A DNA stretch of 43,245 nucleotides from Methanomassiliicoccales archaeon (GCA_035518995.1 DATIXC010000120.1:1-43245); one strand, 5' to 3'; shown: positions 1 to 8,827, counted from the stretch's first letter. Numbers and translations: made by a program. The notes: generated by a model not told the origin, from the letters alone.

Positions 1-876
1 AAGATCATCCCTGCGCTGGCAGCGGATGACGTACAGGTGGAATACTGGTGTGACGTTCTTGTCGCCCAAGGAGGGGACGGCGACATGCTCCAATCCCTTC
101 AGCTCCTGGGTGTAGAGATTGGCCAATTCCCTCCGGCGCTCGTTGTACCTGTCGAGGTTCCGTAGCTGCACCCTGCCGATGGCGGCGTTGCAGGTGTTGA
201 GCCTGGAGGTGTAGCCCACGACATCGTGGACGTACCGCGACACACGGCCGCAGTCGCGCAGCTTGGCGATCTCCTTCAACAGCTTGTCGTCGTTGGTGGT
301 GATCATCCCGCCGTCCCCGCCCACGGTCATGTTCTTGGTGGGGTAGAAGGAGAAGCAGCCCACGTCACCTATCGAGCCTGCCTTCCTGCCCTTGTAGAGG
401 GCGCCGTGAGCCTGGCAGGCGTCCTCGACCAAGAGCAACCTCTTCTTACGGCAGACCTCGATAAGAGGGTCCATGTCGGTGGGGTTCCCGTAGAGGTGCA
501 CGGGCAGGACGCCGGCCGTGTTCTCGCCGATGGCCTTGATGACCCTAATGGGGTCGATGTTGTAGTCCTTCTCGCTGGAGTCGGCGAAGGTGGGCTTGGC
601 GCCAGCCTCGATGATCGCGTTGGCAGTGGCTATGAACGAGAAGGGCGTGGTGAGGACCTCCTTGCCTCCGACCTTCGCCGCGATCATCGCGAGCTGAAGT
701 GCGTTGGTCCCGGAGGAGCAGGATATCGCATGCTTGGTCCCGATGTACCTAGCGAACTCCTCCTCGAACTTCTTGACGCTCTCTCCCATGACCAGGCGCT
801 CGTTCCTCAGGGCGGATGCCGCCGCCTCGATCATCTCCTCGGTCATCTCCGGTCTTCCCAGGGGTATCTTTGCCAT
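1..876 (-). CDS. DegT/DnrJ/EryC1/StrS-family PLP-dependent sugar aminotransferase (N-terminal 292 codons; C-terminus lies beyond window start)
   Basis: Own translation of the minus strand from ATG (complement of 874-876): MAKIPLGRPEMTEEMIEAAASALRNERLVMGESVKKFEEEFARYIGTKHAISCSSGTNALQLA...CFSFYPTKNMTVGGDGGMITTND. The frame is open to position 1. It is not in the ORF track because it runs off the edge. Confidence 0.85.
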   Translation of the reverse strand, partial: MAKIPLGRPEMTEEMIEAAASALRNERLVMGESVKKFEEEFARYIGTKHAISCSSGTNALQLAMIAAKVGGKEVLTTPFSFIATANAIIEAGAKPTFADSSEKDYNIDPIRVIKAIGENTAGVLPVHLYGNPTDMDPLIEVCRKKRLLLVEDACQAHGALYKGRKAGSIGDVGCFSFYPTKNMTVGGDGGMITTNDDKLLKEIAKLRDCGRVSRYVHDVVGYTSRLNTCNAAIGRVQLRNLDRYNERRRELANLYTQELKGLEHVAVPSLGDKNVTPVFHLYVIRCQRRDDL

Positions 877-881
877 GTTCC

Positions 882-1361
882 TCACTCCAGTCTCTTAACG
901 ATCTTGGCCGGGTTGCCCACGACCAGGGCACGAGCGGGGACGTCCTTGGTGACCACCGCCCCTGCTCCGACCATCGCCCTCTCGCCTATGGTCACGCCGC
1001 AGACCACGGTGGCATTGGCGCCTATGGACGCCCCTTTCTTCACCATGGTGGGGGTGATGCTCCATTCCCCGGTGGCATGAGGGTGCAGGTCGTTCGTGAA
1101 GGTCGCGTGCGGGCCCACGAAGACTTCGTCCTCGATGGTGACGCCAGACGGTATGAAGGCATAGGCCTCGATCTTGCAGCGGTCCCCTATCACCACGCCG
1201 CGCTGGATCTCCACGAAGGCGGCGATCTTGCAATCGCGCCCTATCTTGCATCCATAGAGGTTGACGAAATCGCGGACCACCGTGCCCTCGCCGATGTCGC
1301 AATCGTTGATGGAGAAATGCTTGGCGTAGAGCTTGTACTTGAGATTGCTCTGATCGCTCAT
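882..1361 (-). CDS. Left-handed beta-helix (hexapeptide-repeat) sugar N-acetyltransferase, WbpD/PglD-like
   Basis: Track ORF 882-1574, trimmed to the internal ATG at 1361 (MSDQSNLKYKLY...). Hexapeptide repeats are visible (IGEGTVV, IGRDCKI, IGDRCKI, IGANATV, IGERAMVGAGAVV). The 5' extension would overlap divergent wecB and the AT-rich promoter patch. Confidence 0.85.
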   Translation of the reverse strand: MSDQSNLKYKLYAKHFSINDCDIGEGTVVRDFVNLYGCKIGRDCKIAAFVEIQRGVVIGDRCKIEAYAFIPSGVTIEDEVFVGPHATFTNDLHPHATGEWSITPTMVKKGASIGANATVVCGVTIGERAMVGAGAVVTKDVPARALVVGNPAKIVKRLE

Positions 1362-1383
1362 CTGGCGCGCGATAGCGATGAAG

Positions 1384-1396
1384 GGATTAAAAGTTT
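1384..1396 (-). promoter_or_regulatory. BRE/TATA-like element (minus strand AAACTTTTAATCC) about 25-35 nt upstream of the acetyltransferase ATG; may also serve divergent wecB
   Basis: This is the only AT-rich patch in the 1362-1482 spacer. The same 13-mer recurs at 24995-25007 upstream of another minus-strand gene. Confidence 0.4.
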
Positions 1397-1482
1397 GTTT
1401 ATCGTTTCCCGGCGCCAATCGCAGATGCTGGACGGGCCTGCTTGAATAAATGGATATACGAAGCCCAAGATTCTGGTCACTG

Positions 1483-2562
1483 ATGAGGATCGCGACAGTC
1501 GTCGGGGCAAGGCCCCAGTTCATCAAGTGCGCTCCGCTCTCGAGGGAGCTGCGCAAGGGACACGATGAGATCATAATCCATACCGGCCAGCACTACGATT
1601 ACGAGATGTCCCGCGTCTTCTTCGAGGAATTGGACATCCCCGAGCCGGACTACAACCTCGAGGTAGGCTCTGCGAGCCATGCTTCCCAGACAGGAAGGAT
1701 CCTGATCGCGGCCGAGGAGGTCCTGCTCAAGGAGAGACCGGACCTGGCGCTGGTCTTCGGCGACACGAACTCCACCTTGGCCGGCGCCCTGGCCGCAGCG
1801 AAGATAGGGATCCCCGTGGCCCATGTGGAGGCGGGGCTGCGGTCCTACGACCGCTCCATGCCGGAGGAGACCAACCGGGTCCTCACGGACCACCTGTCTG
1901 AGCTGCTCTTCGCCCCCACCAAGGTCGCGGTCGCCAACCTGAGGAAGGAAGGCATCTCCAAGGGCGTGGCGAGGAGCGGCGACGTGATGGTGGACTCCCT
2001 CGAGGAGGCGAGGCAGGCGGCCATGAAGAGCTCGAGGGTGCTGGAGAGATACGACCTGACGGGCAAGGAGTTCCTGGCCATGACCGTGCATCGGGCCTCG
2101 AACACCGACAGCCCAGAAAGCATAAGGAAGATAATACGGGCCATCGAGAGGAGCGGCCTCAGGACCATATTCCCCATCCATCCCAGGACCAGGAAGCTGA
2201 TGCAGGACTCGGGCATCGTCGACGAGCTGCCGGAGAACCTAACCGTCACCGAACCCCTGGGTTACCTGGACATGCTGGCGCTGATGATCAACGCCAAGGC
2301 CATCCTCACAGACTCTGGGGGGATGCAGAAGGAGGCCTTCATCCTCGGGGTGAGGTGCGTGACCCTTCGCAGCAACACCGAATGGCCAGAGACCTTGACC
2401 GAGGGAAGGAACAGGCTGGTCGGCCTGAATGCAGGGAGGATCGCCAAGGCCCTTTCCCTGCCGCGCCTCAGGGACGCGCCTCGCACCCACCCCTTCGGCA
2501 AGGTCGGGGCGTCCGGTAGGATTGCGAAATCCATAGATATCTGGTGGGACAGGTCTAGCTAG
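1483..2562 (+). CDS. wecB: UDP-N-acetylglucosamine 2-epimerase (non-hydrolysing)
   Basis: MRIATVVGARPQFIKCAPL...HTGQHYDYEMS...VFGDTNSTLAGALAAAKIGIPVAHVEAGLRSYDRSMPEETNR is a typical WecB/WbpI N-terminus and core. Start taken at the second ATG (1483). Confidence 0.9.
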   Translation: MRIATVVGARPQFIKCAPLSRELRKGHDEIIIHTGQHYDYEMSRVFFEELDIPEPDYNLEVGSASHASQTGRILIAAEEVLLKERPDLALVFGDTNSTLAGALAAAKIGIPVAHVEAGLRSYDRSMPEETNRVLTDHLSELLFAPTKVAVANLRKEGISKGVARSGDVMVDSLEEARQAAMKSSRVLERYDLTGKEFLAMTVHRASNTDSPESIRKIIRAIERSGLRTIFPIHPRTRKLMQDSGIVDELPENLTVTEPLGYLDMLALMINAKAILTDSGGMQKEAFILGVRCVTLRSNTEWPETLTEGRNRLVGLNAGRIAKALSLPRLRDAPRTHPFGKVGASGRIAKSIDIWWDRSS

Positions 2563-2609
2563 CCCTCAGCAATACCTATTAATCGTGCGACGGTGTTGGC
2601 GGGCGCATA

Positions 2610-3422
2610 ATGTTGGTCAGCGTCGTCCTCAACATAATGAACGAGGAGAAGAACATAGCCGACCTACTCGACTCGCTGGTCACGCAGGAGGGGCCGCTCG
2701 AGATAGTGGTGGTGGACGCCAACTCGCGCGACCGCACGAGGGAGATCGTGGAGAGGTACGTCCAGCAGTACCCGGGGATGGTGAGGATGCTCATCAAGCC
2801 CGGCTCGCGGGGGCTGAGCACCAACTACGGCATCTCCCAGGCCAAGGGCGACATCATCGCCTTCACCGGCGGGGACTGCATCGCCAACGCCTTCTGGATA
2901 AAGGAGCTGCGCAAGAGCATCGCGGAGGGCAACGCCGTGGTGGCGGGGAAGACCATCAACATGGGCCTGAAGTCCTGGGAGGAGCTGGACAGGGTGGAGC
3001 TGTTCTACAAGGGGGTCGACCTGTCCTATCCCAGCTGCAACGAGGCCTTCAGGCGCGAGGTCCTGGATAAGGTGGGGGGGTTCGACACCTGGTTCATCAC
3101 CGCCGAGGACATCGACCTGAACTACCGGGCCGTTGACGCGGGTTTCAAGATCTCCTACAACCCTAACGCGGTCATCTACCATCGCACCAAGGCCACCATC
3201 TACCGCTTCTACAAGCAGGCGTTCTGGAACGGCGCAGGCCGCAAGCAGCTGACCCTGAAGCACGGCCGCCTGTGGGGCAACTACGACCCCATGCGCATGG
3301 TGCGGCAGAGGATGACCTTCTGGTCCTTCACCAGGCTGGTGGTGGCCGTCATGGGCTACATCGGCTTCAAGCTGTTCGATTCCAAGGGCCCCTACGCCAA
3401 GAGGATGCTGAAGGCCAAGTGA
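2610..3422 (+). CDS. Family 2 glycosyltransferase
   Basis: VSVVLNIMNEEKNIADLLDSL...IVVVDANSRDRTREIV...GDIIAFTGGDC shows the GT-A fold N-terminus and a DxD-like motif. Confidence 0.85.
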   Translation: MLVSVVLNIMNEEKNIADLLDSLVTQEGPLEIVVVDANSRDRTREIVERYVQQYPGMVRMLIKPGSRGLSTNYGISQAKGDIIAFTGGDCIANAFWIKELRKSIAEGNAVVAGKTINMGLKSWEELDRVELFYKGVDLSYPSCNEAFRREVLDKVGGFDTWFITAEDIDLNYRAVDAGFKISYNPNAVIYHRTKATIYRFYKQAFWNGAGRKQLTLKHGRLWGNYDPMRMVRQRMTFWSFTRLVVAVMGYIGFKLFDSKGPYAKRMLKAK

Positions 3423-3425
3423 GCC

Positions 3426-4145
3426 TTGGTCGGCAGATATTATATCGTGACTGCATTTACCGGTAGGGCTGGTGCCTCCCTGAAGGTCAGCGTCGTCATC
3501 CCCACCATGAACGAGGAGAAGTCCATCGGCGCGGTAATGGACTCCATCAACTCCACCATGCGCGCCAGCGCCTACGACTTCGAGGTGCTCATCGTCGACC
3601 TCTCCAAGGACAGGACCAGGGAGATCGCCGCGTCCAAAGGGGCCAGAGTGATCGACGAGCCGCGCAAGGGCTACGGCCGGGCCTACAGGTCGGGCTTCGA
3701 GGCCGCCACGGGCGGCATCATCGCCACCTTGGACGCCGATTGCACCTACCCGGCCGAGGACGTCCCCAGGCTGGCGGACATGCTCCAGGCCGAGGGGCTG
3801 GACTTCATCACCACGGACCGATTCGCGGACATGGAGGAGGGAGCCATGAGCGGGATGCACCGCTTCGGCAACAAGGTGCTGACCATCACCTCCAGATTGC
3901 TCTTCAACGTCAGATTCCACGACTCGCAGAGCGGGATGTGGGTCTTCCGCAAGGGATGCCTCTCCGAGCTGGACCTCAGGGACGACGGGATGCCGTTCAG
4001 CGAGGAGATCAAGATCGAGGCGTTCAAGAAGCTGCGGGCCAAGGAGGTCCCCATCGTGTACCGAAAGCGCGTGGGCGACGTCAAGCTGTCCTCATGGAAG
4101 GACGGCTGGAGGAACTTCAAGTTCCTCTGGAAGAAGAGGTTCTAG
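3426..4145 (+). CDS. Family 2 glycosyltransferase, dolichyl-phosphate hexose synthase-like
   Basis: KVSVVIPTMNEEKSIGAVMDSI...VLIVDLSKDRTREIA...GYGRAYRSGFEAATGGIIATLDADCTYPAED. The start is uncertain (TTG 3426 or GTG 3447). Confidence 0.8.
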   Translation: MVGRYYIVTAFTGRAGASLKVSVVIPTMNEEKSIGAVMDSINSTMRASAYDFEVLIVDLSKDRTREIAASKGARVIDEPRKGYGRAYRSGFEAATGGIIATLDADCTYPAEDVPRLADMLQAEGLDFITTDRFADMEEGAMSGMHRFGNKVLTITSRLLFNVRFHDSQSGMWVFRKGCLSELDLRDDGMPFSEEIKIEAFKKLRAKEVPIVYRKRVGDVKLSSWKDGWRNFKFLWKKRF

Positions 4146-4678
4146 AGGTAGGGGAAGCGCTCCCTCACCAGGCGGACGGTGCGCCTCAGGCCCTCCCTGG
4201 CCTCGAGGTTGCGCAACGCCGCCGATGGGTGATAGGTGGGCACGAGGTCGATGCGCTCCCTGCCCACGGCGATGGCGAACACCTGGTTGGCGCAGTCCTT
4301 CATGGTCACCTTGTTGTTGAGGAGGCCCTGGCAGGCCGTCCGCCCCAGGCACACGATGAGCTGCTTCCCCCTCAGCTCGTCCTCGAGGTAGGGCCGGCAG
4401 GATGCGACCTCGTCCAACCTCGGCCTCCGGTTCCTAGGCGGGCGGCACTTCACCGTGTTGGTGATCATGATCCTATCCCGGGGCAGGCCCTCCTCCTCCA
4501 GCAGGCGGTCCAGCATCTTTCCGGCCCGGCCGACGAAGGGCCTCCCGGACCGGTCCTCCTTCTCGCCCGGCGCCTCGCCGACGAAGATCACCGGCGACAT
4601 CAGGTCCCCGCTCGGGGCCACCACCTTCGTCCTGGTCTTGCTCAGACGGCACAGGTCGCAGTCTAGGTCGATGAACAT
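4142..4678 (-). CDS. udg: Uracil-DNA glycosylase, family 4 (Fe-S type)
   Basis: CDLCRL...VFVGEAPGEKEDRSGRPFVGRAGKMLD...NTVKCRPP...SCRPYL...YHPSAALR. Confidence 0.85.
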   Translation of the reverse strand: MFIDLDCDLCRLSKTRTKVVAPSGDLMSPVIFVGEAPGEKEDRSGRPFVGRAGKMLDRLLEEEGLPRDRIMITNTVKCRPPRNRRPRLDEVASCRPYLEDELRGKQLIVCLGRTACQGLLNNKVTMKDCANQVFAIAVGRERIDLVPTYHPSAALRNLEAREGLRRTVRLVRERFPYL

Positions 4679-4679
4679 C

Positions 4680-5213
4680 TCACTCCCTCAGCACGTCCTC
4701 AGCGGTCAGCAGGGATATGAGCTCCACTCCCATCTCCGCCAGCCTCTCCCTGCCTCCCTCTTGGCGATCTATGACCGCGAGGACCGTGGACACCTTGGCG
4801 CCCGCGTCCCTCAGGATCGCCACCGCCTCGGCGGATGAGCCGGCGGACGTCACGACGTCCTCCACGACCAGGACGCGGTCGTTCTGCATCATCGGGCCTT
4901 CGATCAGCTTGCCGGTGCCGTGGTCCTTCCTCTCCTTGCGCACCATCACGTAGGGGGTTCCCGTCCTCAGGGACAGGGCCACCGCCAAGGGGATCGAGCC
5001 CAGGACCACGCCGGCGATCCGGTCGTAGCTCATCCCCTTTACCGCCAGCAAGCCCGCCATCTCCTCGGCGATCTCCGCCAGGACCTGGGGGTCGGTGGAG
5101 GCCCTCTTGATGTCGATGTAGTACCTGCTCTTCTTCCCTGAGGCGAGGGTGAACTCGCCGTACATCAGGGCGCCGCAATCCCTCAGCGCCTCCTTGATCC
5201 TCATCTTGCTCAT
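4680..5213 (-). CDS. pyrE: Orotate phosphoribosyltransferase
   Basis: GEFTLASGKKSRYYIDIK...VLVVEDVVTSAGSS (PRPP-binding loop). It is packed 1 nt from udg and 1 nt from carS. Confidence 0.9.
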   Translation of the reverse strand: MSKMRIKEALRDCGALMYGEFTLASGKKSRYYIDIKRASTDPQVLAEIAEEMAGLLAVKGMSYDRIAGVVLGSIPLAVALSLRTGTPYVMVRKERKDHGTGKLIEGPMMQNDRVLVVEDVVTSAGSSAEAVAILRDAGAKVSTVLAVIDRQEGGRERLAEMGVELISLLTAEDVLRE

Positions 5214-5214
5214 C

Positions 5215-5778
5215 TCACCAGGGCTCCTTCTTCAGACCTCTCCTGTACCCTATGACGTTCACTAGCCGATGGATCACCGGGACGATGACGATGAGCGCGA
5301 TCAGCGCCATCCAGCCGTTGCCCTCCACGTATATGGACAGGAACCAGGAGGGGAAGATGACCGCTGCCAGGATGAGAGCGCCCACCACGAAGTCGTACTG
5401 GTCGAGGCCAGTGGCCTTCTCTCCCCTCGCGAGGCCCATCCTCCTCTTCACGAAGGCCCCTCCCATGTCGCCCAGCAACGACCCGAGGGCCAGGACCACG
5501 ATGATGCCCGCGGCCTGGGGCATCGGTCCGTACCCCAGGTAGTCGCCTCCGTCAGAGGGCGTGGTCATAAGCAGTTGGACGTAGCCCACCAGGACCCCGC
5601 TAAGGACGCCGCCGATGAGCCCTCGCCAGGTCTTCCCGTCCCCAAGGACGCGCTTACCCTTCCAGGTGCGACCCTTGTCGATCGGAGCGCCCCCTCCGAA
5701 CAGCACTGCCGCCGAGTTGGGCACCAGGGCGGGCAGGAAGACCCAAATGCCCACCGCGATCGATTGGAGCGCGTCCAT
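5215..5778 (-). CDS. carS: CDP-archaeol synthase (DUF46 family membrane protein)
   Basis: FLPALVPNSAAVLFGGGAPIDKGRTWKGKRVLGDGKTWRG...GDMGGAFVKRR...LDQYDFV with multiple TM segments. Confidence 0.8.
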   Translation of the reverse strand: MDALQSIAVGIWVFLPALVPNSAAVLFGGGAPIDKGRTWKGKRVLGDGKTWRGLIGGVLSGVLVGYVQLLMTTPSDGGDYLGYGPMPQAAGIIVVLALGSLLGDMGGAFVKRRMGLARGEKATGLDQYDFVVGALILAAVIFPSWFLSIYVEGNGWMALIALIVIVPVIHRLVNVIGYRRGLKKEPW

Positions 5779-5817
5779 CGACCCTGGGGATTCAGGAGGC
5801 GGATATAGAAGCTTTCG

Positions 5818-7716
5818 CTAGGCCCCGCGCTCCTTGAAGAAGGCCAGGAGGTCGTTGGGCACGGCCTCGGCCCGCACCAGCTCCATGCGGTCGGCGAACT
5901 GCCTCGCCCTCTTGTCCAGGACGAGGGCCGCCCCCACGTCCCTCTCCGTCCGGATCAGCCTTCCGATGGATTGGAGCATCTTCCTTGAGGCGGGCACCTT
6001 GACGGTGTACTCCCAGCCCTTGCCGAACTTCATCTCGTAGTAGTGGAGGAGGGCCCTATGCTTGGCGGTGGGCTTGGGGAAGGGGATGCCAGCCAGAAGC
6101 GCGACCTGGAGCTCGCGGTCCGGGAAGTCGATGCCCTCGCTTACCCTCCCGCCCATGACCGCGAACAGCACCTGGCCCAGGAGCGTGGCCTTCTTGAAGC
6201 TCTGGACCGTGCTCATCAGCTCGGCCTGGGGCATGCCCCTCTCCTCGAGGTGGACCTTCTTGCGGACGCGCGCCAGCACCCCGTCGGCCACGAACCGGTC
6301 CATGAGCGCGTAGGAGGGGAAGAACACCACCGTGTTGCGGTCCAGGGCGTTGCAGCACGCCACGACCATGTCCTCCATCCTCGGCACGATGGTATCGTCC
6401 TGCGCCATCTCCTCGAACTTGGTGGTGACGTCCTCGGAGTAGAACACCCTCTTGTTCTCGGCCGGGAAGGGCGAGGGGAGGCTCCGGAGCACGGTCTCCT
6501 CGGGAAGGCCCACTGAGTCCCGGTATTCGTAGAGGGGGGCCAGGGTCCCGGACATGTGTAACGAGCCAGCCGACTCGTGGAGGAAGGAGCAGGCGACGGA
6601 GGGGTCGAGGCAATAGCCCTCGAACCGGGGGTTCTCGCCACCCACAACCAGTTTGACATAGTATTCCTCGTCCATCTTAAGCCAGAAGCTCAGGAACGCG
6701 CCTAGCGAGAAGATGTAGGAGCGAGGCAGCCGGCCCTGCTCCTTCTTGCTCTCCTTGACTATCTCGCCATGGGTCATCATGGCCTTGCAGGCTATGGCCA
6801 GCTGCCTTGAGGTGATGGTGAACGCCTCCATCAGGCCGCCCTGCAGGAAGTCGGGGGGGATCAGCCCATCATCATCGATCACGTACTCCCTGACCGCCTC
6901 GTCCAGCAGCGCCCCGAGCCTCTCCACGACGTCCCTGACGCTCGCCCCATCGACCACCTCGGGGTCTCCGTACTCGTCAAGCTCCTTCAGCACCGTCTCC
7001 AGGGCGTACCTGGACAGCTCGATGGTGCGGGATTCCCTAGCGTAATCGGGCAGGTTGTGCGCCTCGTCCACGATCAGGATCAGCTCCCCCAAGGAGACGT
7101 TCATCCGCTCGATGAAGGCCTCCCGGATGAAAGGCGCGAAGAAATAGGCATACGGGGCGGTGACCACGGTCGCATGGGAAAGAAGCTCCTTCCCTAGCTC
7201 GTACGGGCAGAGCCCCCGGCCTTCGCAGTAGCTGGAGAACTCCTCGACCGTGGGCAGCTCGTTCTGGCAATGCTCCAGGACCTCGTCGAAGTTGGCGGTC
7301 AGGACGGCGTCGTAGAAGCGACACCCTCCGTCCTTCCCCGATAACGACCTCTTCTTCCTCTCCCCGCACAACCGCGATAGCTCCTCGGCGTTGCCCTGCT
7401 TCAGATCTGGGTCGCGGGCGAGGAGGGGGCAGGTCGACTGCCTTCCCTGGACCCCCATGCCGAATACCTTCCTCCGCGAATTAATGCGCCTCAGCTCCAG
7501 GATGACCTGCCGTTGCTGCGAGTTGGTGCGAGTGAGGTAGGCCACCTTCTTGCCTTGGGAAAGGGCCACCTGCAAGGACGCGGTCAGGGCGCACACCGTC
7601 TTGCCAGTCCCCGTCCCGCTCTCCATCACGATGTGGCCTTCATCCTTCAGGGCGCTGAACACGGAAAAGACGAAGTCCTCTTGGTGCTCCCTGGGTTCGT
7701 ACGGGAAAATGTCCAT
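5818..7716 (-). CDS. xpd: XPD/Rad3-type Fe-S DNA helicase (SF2, DEAH)
   Basis: MDIFPYEPREHQ...ESGTGTGKT...four Cys (CPLL, C-GERKK, GGCRFY, CPYE)...IVDEAHNL...C-terminal helicase motifs. First ATG at 7716. The track start at 7728 is TTG. Confidence 0.9.
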   Translation of the reverse strand: MDIFPYEPREHQEDFVFSVFSALKDEGHIVMESGTGTGKTVCALTASLQVALSQGKKVAYLTRTNSQQRQVILELRRINSRRKVFGMGVQGRQSTCPLLARDPDLKQGNAEELSRLCGERKKRSLSGKDGGCRFYDAVLTANFDEVLEHCQNELPTVEEFSSYCEGRGLCPYELGKELLSHATVVTAPYAYFFAPFIREAFIERMNVSLGELILIVDEAHNLPDYARESRTIELSRYALETVLKELDEYGDPEVVDGASVRDVVERLGALLDEAVREYVIDDDGLIPPDFLQGGLMEAFTITSRQLAIACKAMMTHGEIVKESKKEQGRLPRSYIFSLGAFLSFWLKMDEEYYVKLVVGGENPRFEGYCLDPSVACSFLHESAGSLHMSGTLAPLYEYRDSVGLPEETVLRSLPSPFPAENKRVFYSEDVTTKFEEMAQDDTIVPRMEDMVVACCNALDRNTVVFFPSYALMDRFVADGVLARVRKKVHLEERGMPQAELMSTVQSFKKATLLGQVLFAVMGGRVSEGIDFPDRELQVALLAGIPFPKPTAKHRALLHYYEMKFGKGWEYTVKVPASRKMLQSIGRLIRTERDVGAALVLDKRARQFADRMELVRAEAVPNDLLAFFKERGA

Positions 7717-7793
7717 CCGCTCTGGCAATCCGCTCGAATGGGAATACAGTTGTCCAGGGGTCCCCGAAACTGGCCCCTTGGGTTATGCGCGAA

Positions 7794-8321
7794 TCAATTA
7801 TTGCGCTGCCAGACCTCGTCCGGTACGTCCTCGTAGCAGTTGTCGATCCCGTTCATGTCGCCGTTGCAACCGGTGCCGCCAGAGATCAGCTCGAAGATCC
7901 TTTCCTTCTTGAAAAGCCAGTAATGTATGCGCCATTCCCTGCCATCGTATAGGGTCGTCTCCTCGCGTTCAGTGGTGAGGATCCCGGTGTCCTCCAGCAT
8001 ATAGAAAGCGTCCCGGTCCTCGGGCTCGAGGATGTTGTCGATGATCCTTTCAGAATAACCGAAGAAATTCATCACGTGCTGGGCCATGGCCCGGGCCTGT
8101 TCCTCAGGCATGCCAGTGTGGTCGATGCTGGTGCGAATGGCATTGGTCAGGTCATCGACCGTGAGCGTCATGACCCTGCCGTTCTCCTTGAGGACCAAAG
8201 CCTCACCGTGCCCATTCCCTCCATTCCCTTCCGCGACCTCCAATCGCGCGGAAGCCTTCGCGTTTCCCTTCTGCCCCTTAGCAAAACCATTCCCTTTGAC
8301 GACGACGCTCTTGGCAATCAT
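7794..8321 (-). CDS. Hypothetical protein (Gly/Asn/Lys-rich N-terminus, globular acidic C-terminal domain)
   Basis: Coding-like composition: ...MPEEQARAMAQHVMNFFGYSERIIDNILEPEDRDAFYMLEDTGILTTEREETTLYDGREWRIHYWLFKK... I do not recognise the family. Confidence 0.6.
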   Translation of the reverse strand: MIAKSVVVKGNGFAKGQKGNAKASARLEVAEGNGGNGHGEALVLKENGRVMTLTVDDLTNAIRTSIDHTGMPEEQARAMAQHVMNFFGYSERIIDNILEPEDRDAFYMLEDTGILTTEREETTLYDGREWRIHYWLFKKERIFELISGGTGCNGDMNGIDNCYEDVPDEVWQRNN

Positions 8322-8530
8322 CTAAATAAAGCCCCCCTTTAGATGACTATTTTTCAGTCCTACAAGATAGATTAGACCTACACCATTCGACAAGTTCTAT
8401 TTAAAGGTTGTTACGTGAAAGGATAATTATTGTTAAAATCCTGCATTCCTCTGGCATCCTAGTTTCTAACGTTTTCCGTACTTTAGGAAGGTATTTCTAG
8501 GGCGATGTCCCAAAGTTGGGAGGGTGGAAA

Positions 8531-8827
8531 ATGATAGCTCAGTTCAAGGTCGTTCCGATCGGCAAGGGCGAGAGCCTCAGTCCCTACGTGGCTGAATGCG
8601 TCAAGATAGTCCAGGCGAGCGGGCTGAAGTACCAGCTGACACCCATGGCCACCGTCTTGGAGGGCGAATGGGACGATGTCATGGACGTGATAGGGCAATG
8701 CCACAGGAAGGTCCGCTCCATGTCCCGGAGGGTCGTCACCAACATCGACATAGACGACCGCGAGGGGAAGAGCAACGCCATGGAGCAGAAGATCAAGAGC
8801 GTCCAGGACCGGTTGGCCTCTAGATAG
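8531..8827 (+). CDS. MTH1187/YkoF-family (DUF77) small protein, thiamine-binding fold
   Basis: MIAQFKVVPIGKGESLSPYVAECVKIVQASGLKYQLTPMATVLEGEWDDVMDVI. There is a GGAGGGTGG Shine-Dalgarno just upstream of ATG 8531. Confidence 0.8.
   Translation: MIAQFKVVPIGKGESLSPYVAECVKIVQASGLKYQLTPMATVLEGEWDDVMDVIGQCHRKVRSMSRRVVTNIDIDDREGKSNAMEQKIKSVQDRLASR

Noticed and set aside
226-1445. Plus-strand ORFs 226-1080, 704-898 and 816-1445
   Set aside because: They are antisense to the clearly recognisable DegT aminotransferase and hexapeptide acetyltransferase genes and have a low-complexity Gly/Arg/Pro/His composition.
2664-3920. 418-aa minus-strand ORF spanning both glycosyltransferase genes
   Set aside because: It is antisense to two GT2 genes with canonical motifs, crosses their intergenic boundary, and has antisense-type composition.
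8322-8530. TPP (THI-box) riboswitch upstream of the YkoF/MTH1187-family gene
   Set aside because: This was plausible in principle, because TPP riboswitches are known in Thermoplasmata. However, I found no CUGAGA or ACCUGAUCUGGAUAAUGCCAGCG-like core in the spacer. The region looks like a plain AT-rich divergent promoter.
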